Notes under the pieces: model-generated
Seen by the model: only the letters and a program-made list of their open reading frames with translations
The model's database searches: none
What the model was told of the DNA's origin: nothing
Position numbers and translations under genes: made by a program
Part shown: positions 23,730 to 32,000 of the stretch, in pieces
Layout: every line of letters begins with the position of its first letter
Numbering within the stretch: position 1 is the first letter of the stretch
DNA from: Saccharolobus solfataricus
Lineage (GTDB): Archaea > Thermoproteota > Thermoprotei_A > Sulfolobales > Sulfolobaceae
Length of the DNA stretch: 32,000 nucleotides
Reading direction: 5' to 3'
Assembly: GCF_900079115.1 (NCBI RefSeq)
Contig: NZ_LT549890.1
Coordinates: 1,320,001 to 1,352,000 of the forward strand

Positions 23730-23785
23730 TGAAACGCTATTTTCTCACTCTAATGAGGATTATTTTACTTAGACTCTATTGCGTA

Positions 23786-26700
23786 ATTTCAATTCCTTTT
23801 AGGATTAATCTTGAAGATAGAGTTAAATGAACTTTTGATGACACAAAACTTTCAATTCCTTTTAGGATTAATCGTCTACACCTCTTGCGTCTATTATGAT
23901 ATCATATTTGTCAACTTTCAATTCCTTTTAGGATTAATCAAATACGTTTTCTCCATTGTCATATTGCGCATAAGTTGACTTTCAATTCCTTTTAGGATTA
24001 ATCACCAAGTGAAACTTGGAATATATAACCAAAAAGATATCTTTCAATTCCTTTTAGGATTAATCGATTCTTCAATAAAGCTGGTAATATACTTTGACAG
24101 AATCTTTCAATTCCTTTTAGGATTAATCAGTAATAGAAACTCATTCAGAGTCTCTTCCAACCCGTACACTTTCAATTCCTTTTAGGATTAATCCGTGGTA
24201 GTGGTGGTAGTTGTTGTTGTTGTAGGCGCTTTCAATTCCTTTTAGGATTAATCTAGTATAGTGTTACAGTTAAACGCTGTACCGAATAATGGCTTTCAAT
24301 TCCTTTTAGGATTAATCTAGTATAGTGTTACAGTTAAACGCTGTACCGAATAATGGCTTTCAATTCCTTTTAGGATTAATCAAAATGTTTAATATTGGTG
24401 GAGTAGTTGATTTCGATAATATCTTTCAATTCCTTTTAGGATTAATCAAGGGTAATAGAAAGCATGCCCATATCAGCAAGTTCTAACTTTCAATTCCTTT
24501 TAGGATTAATCGTAAAATCCCCAACGCCACATACGTTATAAGGGAAGATACTTTCAATTCCTTTTAGGATTAATCCTAGTGTTAAAATATATTTCAAGCC
24601 TTACGATGAGAACTTTCAATTCCTTTTAGGATTAATCCATGCATCAGTTCATCGTAGTTGAACTCAGCATGGATCTTTCAATTCCTTTTAGGATTAATCC
24701 AAATCCATTCGAGGAAGTGTTAGAAGAGGTGTATGGTGACTTTCAATTCCTTTTAGGATTAATCCAGAGGGAAAAAGTTTGCAGGAGATTTCAAGTATTA
24801 CACTTTCAATTCCTTTTAGGATTAATCCAATATTAAATATTAGTGATTTGGTAATAACGAAAATAAACTTTCAATTCCTTTTAGGATTAATCGAGTGAGA
24901 CCATGATCATTAACACTGATATTACGGTAAGCTTTCAATTCCTTTTAGGATTAATCAACAAAACTTCACCAGTGATGGAACATTTGAATGTAACTTTCAA
25001 TTCCTTTTAGGATTAATCTGTTAATATTGCCGGTTCGGCTAGTGATATAGTGTGGTTCTCTTTCAATTCCTTTTAGGATTAATCGGTAATGGTCTGTATA
25101 TTGTCTTTAAGTATTTATCTTTCAATTCCTTTTAGGATTAATCAGCACTAATTGCGAGATTTGAGGATGCCATCAGAAGTAACTTTCAATTCCTTTTAGG
25201 ATTAATCCAAGCTAAGATTGCGAGTACAAGCGATCACTTACACAAAGCTTTCAATTCCTTTTAGGATTAATCACGCCGTTTCTCTATAGTTATTGAACCA
25301 TGCAATATCATTCTTTCAATTCCTTTTAGGATTAATCATTAGCTAAACCATTTCAAAGGCTAACATCTTCTATGTCTTTCAATTCCTTTTGGGATTAATC
25401 ATAAATCCACAAAGTGGCCGTTCAAAGCAAAGAGTTTATTCTTTCAATTCCTTTTGGGATTAATCTGATATTTATTTTCTCGTGAAAAGTGGAGGGCCTA
25501 GAACCTTTCAATTCCTTTTGGGATTAATCATTATATCATGGAGACCCAGGTGCTGTGACTATCAACTTTCAATTCCTTTTGGGATTAATCAATTAGCCAG
25601 CGTGCCATCTGGGTAAACGTGTATTTTGGTTAACTTTCAATTCCTTTTGGGATTAATCATAATATATTTCGTTCCAACTACACCTAATGGATTCGGGCTT
25701 TCAATTCCTTTTGGGATTAATCTAATTGTCTGCCCTTGAGTTCCACTGAGAGAAACGCCTTTCAATTCCTTTTGGGATTAATCAAAAGACGTACAAATAT
25801 ACATCGCACCGAACGGACACATCTTTCAATTCCTTTTGGGATTAATCGGGTGCGTGCCCCACAGGTCGCGGGTCTACCCCTTGCCTTTCAATTCCTTTTG
25901 GGATTAATCTTATGTCGTTATCTTCTTCGTTTTTGCTGCGTTGTTTCTTTCAATTCCTTTTGGGATTAATCAAAATTTGAAACAATATCGCATCTTGAAT
26001 AATTATCTTTCAATTCCTTTTGGGATTAATCCAAGATATATAATGGAGGTGGAAAAGATGAGTGGAGAAATCTTTCAATTCCTTTTGGGATTAATCGGAA
26101 ATTGAAAATTATGATGCCATTTGATGAATATTGCTTTCAATTCCTTTTGGGATTAATCGAAGATCTATTAGAACTGTTAGACAGCTATGCAATGACTTTC
26201 AATTCCTTTTGGGATTAATCCTCTGCATCTTATCTAAATCGTGGTACATCTTTAGTAGTCCTTTCAATTCCTTTTGGGATTAATCGGAAGAATGTAAAAT
26301 TGTGGAATTAGAAGATAAAAGCTTTCAATTCCTTTTGGGATTAATCTGTGCATCACTTCACCACTAAACTTCTCATAGAAGGCTTTCAATTCCTTTTGGG
26401 ATTAATCCTTAAGACAATTGCAATTGCGCTATCTCCAGGTTTGAAATATACCTTTCAATTCCTTTTGGGATTAATCATGATGTAACATGATGGTGACAGT
26501 AGAAGAAGAAGTGTTCTTTCAATTCCTTTTGGGATTAATCAAGGATCTGTATAGTACAGTCACAAAGGAAGAAATCTTTCAATTCCTTTTGGGATTAATC
26601 AATTAGGAAATTTGTGGATCAACTGCCAGAATCTGACTTTCAATTCCTTTTGGGATTAATCCAGAAATTCTATACAATTTGACGATATCATCAAATCTTT

Positions 26701-27729
26701 CAATTCCTTTTGGGATTAATCTTTGGCAAGGAGAATTCAACATATAAAAAATGTTGCAAACTTTCAATTCCTTTTGGGATTAATCAATAGAGAAATATAC
26801 AAGGGGAGATCTTTATGATAAAATCTTTCAATTCCTTTTGGGATTAATCCCAATATCGTGGACGCTGGATAGATTTGCATCCCCTGATGTCTTTCAATTC
26901 CTTTTGGGATTAATCCATGAAAGAGATCTCTGATGAAATGATGTCTACTTTGAACTTTCAATTCCTTTTGGGATTAATCAAAGAAGAAATTAAAGTAAAT
27001 CAACTTCAAATAGAAACTTTCAATTCCTTTTGGGATTAATCTTCATCAGTGATTTGTTGGTGAAGTATAGTTGAAAATCCTTTCAATTCCTTTTGGGATT
27101 AATCCATCTGGACTCGAGGGGCAGGGACAGAAAGCAAATCGGCTTTCAATTCCTTTTGGGATTAATCGTGCGTCCGGGTCACCGATTTTGTTCAATCCAT
27201 ATGCTCTTTCAATTCCTTTTGGGATTAATCAACGCATTTATCAATAAGAACCGAGCGGTGGTGAAAAGCTTTCAATTCCTTTTGGGATTAATCTTGAGCT
27301 GAAAATCAACACTACTACCAGGATATGATGTGCTTTCAATTCCTTTTGGGATTAATCGAAAACTGCGCCTGGAGATTACCTAGTCGAATTTTTCTTTCAA
27401 TTCCTTTTGGGATTAATCAAGTATGCATTTCCAGGATTTGTTACTCCACACCAGCCCTTTCAATTCCTTTTGGGATTAATCCTAATGTATCACTCACATC
27501 TTTTGATATAATGATACTCTTTCAATTCCTTTTGGGATTAATCCTTGACAACTTGGCTATGGAACTTGCAACCGTAGATGACTTTCAATTCCTTTTGGGA
27601 TTAATCCGAATAAAGATACGCAACGCCAAGAGGAAGACTAACTTTCAATTCCTTTTGGGATTAATCAATGTCCATATGGTGGCCCCCCAATTTCTCTAGA
27701 GTAGCTTTCAATTCCTTTTGGGATTAATC
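23786..27729 (-). CRISPR. CRISPR array B: 63 repeats and 62 spacers (34-44 nt), with two repeat variants
   Basis: I counted repeat starts from 23786 to 27705. Repeats 1-25 (23786..25337, leader-distal) read GATTAATCCTAAAAGGAATTGAAAG in sense. Repeats 26-63 (25376..27729) are canonical, with C at position 10. The terminal repeat at 23786 has one extra mismatch, ending ...GAAAT in sense. Confidence 0.97.
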
Positions 27730-27975
27730 TGTTGTGTTTTTATACTTCCTATTTTTCTTTTCTCCTTTCTTACTTATAAATCTTCATGACTACCCTTTAC
27801 TCTTCATGCGACCAATTTTAGTTGTAATTAATTTAACAATTTCTGGTCGCAAGGATTTTATGTTAAATTGAAACATTGGGTATCATTTATAAACGTTCAA
27901 TTATTATAGAAAGATTCGTTTCGGTCGCATTGAGACTCGAACTTTCACACTTTTAAACAACTTCATAAAAACGAA
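27730..27975 (-). promoter_or_regulatory. CRISPR leader of array B
   Basis: It is the reverse complement of the array A leader (1352..1596) apart from a few substitutions and one 8-nt replaced patch. Confidence 0.8.
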
Positions 27976-28541
27976 GTTTGAAGTTCTCTATTTGATAATA
28001 ATGTTTCACTGATTTCGTATCATATCGAAAAATATTTTTTATCTCTTATCGCTCTCCTTTCATCTTTCTTTCATTGCAACGTATAATTATCTTTTTAAAC
28101 TTACTTTTAAATACGTAATATTTCCTAATTTCACTAAGGCTGATAAAGTAAAATCTTTTTAACGTCAGAATTACTTTTTATTAACGTACGGTATATAGAT
28201 AATTATGAGGATAAATTATATATAAAAGGGAGTTTAATGCCAGAAATCTATGAGTAAAACTTTTAATTATTTTTGTAGAACGTCTATTATGTTATCGCAA
28301 AATAGGTTACTATTTTACATTGCTGGGGACGTATCGGGATATAACGTAGTTAAATACATTTACGGAGAGAAAAGTGACTATTCGTTCTTCACAGCCCATT
28401 TCTTTTACAAGATATTATCTCCCATTAAAGTAATTTCATTATTACCAGATATCTGGTAAAGGATATGCAAAAGGCTGGCGAAGTTTATAAACAAGCGATT
28501 AAACGTAATGTGACAGTTTACATGAAAAATATATATTTGCT

Positions 28542-28635
28542 TATAGTCTAAAGGGCAACAACGTTTCCAAAATTACATAAAGACCTTTCCGTATATTAGG
28601 AAGAGAGTTTGTCCTTTAAAGTCTCAGAAAGTATA
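28542..28635. mobile_element. MITE-like element (~94 bp) with an ISC1078-type terminus
   Basis: The reverse complement of the right end is TATACTTTCTGAGACTTTAAAGG. The left end, TATAGTCTAAAGGGC, looks like a shortened copy of the same terminus. The internal sequence differs from the 115-bp family. Confidence 0.55.
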
Positions 28636-29105
28636 ACTCATTAAATTATATGGACAATTTTCTAAATGAGAAATTGTACCAAATACCGGAGTTGGCAATA
28701 TCGTTATTCTAACCGAAGGTCAAGGGTGAAACAAGAAAGCAAAATAAAAGCGACCTTAAACTTGAGTGTGATCAACAATTTCCCGTTCATTTAAAATTTA
28801 GTTAAAATTCCTTAACGTCTCTTATTTTAAATTCTCCGATTAACAATAAAAACTTTCGAATAAAAATAAAATTACAACGTCATTGCTTTATTGACAGATA
28901 GACCTTGTGATGAATTGAAACTAGATTTATACTTTAAATGATTTATACTGAATTAACAAAATTGTTGGCTATATTCCTAAACCTCATTGATCTCCTTGAT
29001 AACTAGTTCTGATATGCAACGTGATTAAGGATTAGATCTCTTTAGAGTTGTTGAAATCCTTTGAGGAGTTTTAATTTACTCTCAAGCATGAAATTAAAGA
29101 GTTAT

Positions 29106-30545
29106 CAGTGGTGTTTCACCAAATTATTTCATATGAAAGATATAATATTAGCCCTTTCAAAAAGAGATTGATATAGAGAAAAACAATAAAATTATTATGA
29201 AACATAACATGTTAAGGTAATTTGCAAAAAATATAGCGTACAATTCTAATAATAAGAGGAGAATTCTGAATTTTTCTCACGTGGTGAAAACGACGTGCAT
29301 AGTCTCCTCTGAACACCGAGAAAGTTAGAGAAGCTTGACGAATGAATCGAAGGACAAAACCTTCTTACACGTGGACTTGAAGTTAAAGAGAAGATGATTC
29401 ACTAGATTCCACGCAGAATCCAGAACCGTGTAATAGAGGAACAAGAAGATCTTATTACTCAACTTCCTAACATACCTTATCCTTGCCTTCCTAACCTTGA
29501 AACCCTCCTCAACCTGCCACCTCAACCTATAGAGTTCAGCCAGTTCATAGGGATCTCCCTCGAAGTTCGTCACGAACATAAAGTGCCTCGGCTTCCCCTT
29601 AACGTAAACCACATCGTAATAATAAAGCCCTTCAAATTCCAAGACCCTATACGCAACGTAAACCTTGTCCTTAACCTCATATCTCTTCTCAACTAATGGA
29701 ACGTTAGATAGTTCCTTGAATCCCTTCAAGTTCGACTTTCCTCTCACAATGGTCTTCACGGGCATTTCCTTGATGACCCCTAGGTTCAAGAATCCGGCGT
29801 CAGCTACAACGTAATCTATTTCCATGTATTGGCTTACTTCCCTCACGCTCCTGAGTAGGAACTGTGATGGACTGTCGCTTCTCAAATCTGCTACCTCCAC
29901 TAGGAGGGGTAACCTTAAGGGATATACGAGGTCCAAGGATCTCATCTTTACTCCTTTTCTCTTCCAGTTGTAGAGTAGAAAGCCCTCTGCTTTTTCTTGT
30001 TCCTTTTCTCCCACGGTTAATCCGGTCTCATCTACAGCGACTACGTTGATCTCTCCCTTTACTTCTCTGTAGATTGGGTAGAACTTGAAGGTTCTCTGAC
30101 CTTTACTAATTACTTTCTCGCCTCGTCTTACTACCTTCAAGTAGTATTTTCCTCTGTTTCCGGTTAGCAAGGATGGTGCTGCTTTCACTATTTCCGGGTC
30201 TAGATCTTGAGAGATAACGTTAATATTGTTTGTTGCTAAAGTTATAGCGAGGGACTTCAGCTCCGTTTTGGATACTTGTATGGTTTGCATAACGGAGTTA
30301 TGGAGTCCCTCGCTTTAACCTTTTCTTGTTCATCTCGTCCTTCCACCTACTTTCCTCTATTGATAATACTAGACAAATGGTATTACTCTTTATATATAAA
30401 CTCGTTTTCTGTTAGTTTCTTCAACAAATATGAAAATTTTTTGCTTCTTGTGTTGAAATAAGCCGATTTTTCTAACTCCGCTCTGATATTTTTCTCTTCC
30501 ATAGAAATTGTATCATTTTGAGTAAAATTGGTGAAACACCACTGA
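29106..30545 (-). mobile_element. Insertion sequence of 1440 bp (ISC1439-like by size)
   Basis: The inverted repeats are CAGTGGTGTTTCACCAA at 29106..29122 and its reverse complement at 30529..30545. A perfect 9-bp direct repeat AAGAGTTAT lies at 29097..29105 and 30546..30554. Confidence 0.9.
29325..30290 (-). CDS. DDE transposase of the 1440-bp IS
   Basis: This 321-aa ORF lies inside the element. IDYVVADAGF is a DDE-type D motif and LYRLRWQVEEGFK is a Y-R-x-R-W-x-x-E motif typical of IS4-like transposases. Confidence 0.8.
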   Translation of the reverse strand: MQTIQVSKTELKSLAITLATNNINVISQDLDPEIVKAAPSLLTGNRGKYYLKVVRRGEKVISKGQRTFKFYPIYREVKGEINVVAVDETGLTVGEKEQEKAEGFLLYNWKRKGVKMRSLDLVYPLRLPLLVEVADLRSDSPSQFLLRSVREVSQYMEIDYVVADAGFLNLGVIKEMPVKTIVRGKSNLKGFKELSNVPLVEKRYEVKDKVYVAYRVLEFEGLYYYDVVYVKGKPRHFMFVTNFEGDPYELAELYRLRWQVEEGFKVRKARIRYVRKLSNKIFLFLYYTVLDSAWNLVNHLLFNFKSTCKKVLSFDSFVKLL

Positions 30546-30578
30546 AGAGTTATTAAGTTGGGAAACCAATAAAATATT

Positions 30579-31912
30579 ATGATTCTTGGCACTTTAGGCT
30601 CAGATAAGTCAGTTACTACAGTTGACGCTATAATGACTGAGATTTTCACAGGGATTAAGCTGGATGAAATAAGGATCTATAGGGAAGACGCTAATACCAA
30701 ACCGGACTTCGTAACAAAAATGAAGGATGCGTAAAAATTCTCAATATAAACGCTGAAATTGTAGAAAGAGTCTTGGGAGATGATATATTGGACTGGAAAA
30801 ATAAAATATCAAATGAAAAAATAAATGTATTAGATATTACACCAGGAAGGAAATACATGGCTATTATAGGAAGCAACTACGTCCAAGCAGATGAAGTCAG
30901 ATATGCATATCTAAAAGATGAACGTAAAGGGTATCACTAGTGCTTTCAGAAAGTTTATAGCTTTAGGCAAAGGATATACCATTAGATCATAGTCTAAGAA
31001 CTTTTCCAAAATACTAACGTTTTTGGTTATGTACCCCTCTCAGAAATAAAAGTTTATGATATAAGGAAAGGGAGGAAAGTTGAGTACGATCCCCCATTAA
31101 CTAGAAAGTGTGAGGGGGATGAGTGCGTATCGTCACTAGATAGTGAGGGATTAACTGCACTTTACAACCTTCTTTCCATGCACGGAAATGCAGATGTTAA
31201 ATTCGGTAATGAAAGTGTATTTGATTTGGCAAGGGGCAGTAGTACAAATGACGAACTTTTAAACATTTGTATGATTAGGTCTGGGTTTAAAAAGTTTGAA
31301 GAAGAGAAAGAGATACAAAATACTGATGGTTTTTTCATAGCTGATACTAGCGTTTACATCAAATTGGGTAATAGACTAGGTTATCTTACAAAGGATAGGC
31401 TATTGGCTTCTAAAAGTGTGTACAACGAGTTGTCGGAGAGGACTAAATTAACGCAAATGGGAAAAGAAATAATAGTCTTCTATTTGGGAATGTACTCTTA
31501 CAGACATTTACATAAAAGTCCTCCGGTAAGTGAGTATAATAAGAGTGGCGATATTCCTTTAATTGAAGAAACTAGAAAGATTAAGGAAAACATACCTGAA
31601 AAGGTTACGTTAATTACTGCTGATAGGCAACTGAAACAGAGAGCTAGAACGCTTGGTGTTAACGTCATTTTTCTTAATACCTTGAAGAGTGATTCGGGAA
31701 ATATGAGTGAATTACTATTATGTGCTAGTAATAGGCGGGAGTATATGGAAAAATACGATTATGCAAGAAGGGACTTAACTATAACTATTAATGATAAAGA
31801 AGTAATCAAAATTGAGTCTGATCCAACCAAGGAAGGGTTTTCAAGAATAAAGACGTTAAATAAGGAATTTAACTATGCGAAATTAATAGAGAAACTTTAT
31901 GAAATGATTTAG
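30579..31912 (+). pseudogene. CARF-PIN fusion gene disrupted by a frameshift and a MITE
   Basis: - Frame 0 (30579..30732) reads MILGTLGSDKSVTTVDAIMTEIF...VTKMKDA and then a stop.
- The next frame continues ...VKILNINAEIVERVLGDDILDWKNKISNEKINVLDITPGRKYMAIIGS...ERKGYH, which are CARF loops (TLG..., DITPGRK).
- A MITE then interrupts the gene.
- After it the same frame resumes: YVPLSEIKVYD...MHGNADVKF...
- The C-terminal half carries PIN motifs FFIADTSVYI, SVYNELSE and LITADRQLKQRARTLGVNVIFL. Confidence 0.65.
30936..31026 (+). mobile_element. MITE, family 2, copy 2, inserted inside the CARF-PIN gene
   Basis: It is near-identical to 11907..11998. The insert length (81 or 90 bp, depending on the exact ends) is a multiple of 3, and the flanking coding frame is the same on both sides. 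Confidence 0.7.
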
Positions 31913-32000
31913 TTAGTAGTAAAAATGATGAATTTTTATAAAGATAAATACGTATATCATGCGTATAAGGAAAATGAGTTATAAGAGTTGAAAAATAGGT

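Noticed and set aside
24639-27699. ORFs inside array B (24639..24836, 25736..25969, 26764..26961, 27093..27302, 27325..27699)
   Set aside because: This is the same repeat-translation artefact. The identical peptides at 4455..4652 and 25736..25969 reflect the shared spacer block, not a duplicated gene.
28250-28459. A 69-aa plus-strand ORF beyond the array B leader
   Set aside because: It has no motif and lies in AT-rich DNA. The region may instead be decayed remains of a minus-strand gene, so I have insufficient evidence to call a CDS on either strand.
30383-30876. Minus-strand ORFs 30383..30649 and 30691..30876
   Set aside because: The first spans the IS end and the target junction. Both are antisense to the CARF-PIN pseudogene frames, which carry recognisable motifs.

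Overview
This window is a crenarchaeal CRISPR-Cas super-locus of the Sulfolobus/Saccharolobus solfataricus type.

**Arrays and leaders.** Two large arrays carry the 25-bp repeat GATTAATCCCAAAAGGAATTGAAAG and lie in inverted orientation.
- Array A is at 1597..6952 on the + strand, with 85 repeats and 84 spacers.
- Array B is at 23786..27729 on the - strand, with 63 repeats and 62 spacers.
- Each has a ~245-bp near-identical leader at its outer end, so both are transcribed inward.

**Cas genes.** Between the arrays lies a type I-A gene set in four blocks:
- csa1-cas4 at 7451..8891.
- A tightly overlapping csa5-cas7-cas5-cas8a2-cas3'-cas3'' operon at 15919..21376.
- cas1-cas2 on the minus strand at 21533..22742.
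- cas6 at 22944..23729.

**CARF genes.** The locus is unusually rich in CARF (cyclic-oligoadenylate sensor) genes, although no Cas10 or type III gene is present.
- A partial csx1 at 1..1026.
- A 321-aa CARF/HTH-like protein whose 3' end overlaps a small retropepsin-like aspartic protease gene (10528..11800).
- A 177-aa Crn1/Sso2081-like CARF-only protein (14647..15180).
- A CARF-PIN fusion gene (30579..31912) carrying three separate lesions.

**Mobile DNA.**
- An ISC1078-like IS630 element.
- A 1225-bp IS (ISC1225-sized) whose transposase gene is split by a nested, GC-rich ~1.23-kb IS (ISC1234-sized).
- A 1440-bp IS with a 9-bp target duplication (ISC1439-sized).
- At least five MITE copies from two families.

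**Main second-look items.**
- A block of four consecutive spacers shared by the two arrays.
- A clean repeat-variant boundary inside array B.
- An inverted MITE pair bracketing the whole interference operon.
- An orphan degenerate CRISPR repeat and a recurring 12-nt motif in cas promoter regions.
- The CARF plus protease gene pair.
- The triple-hit CARF-PIN gene.

Family names, IS names and SSO numbers come from my memory of the literature plus motifs I read in the translations. No database search was run.
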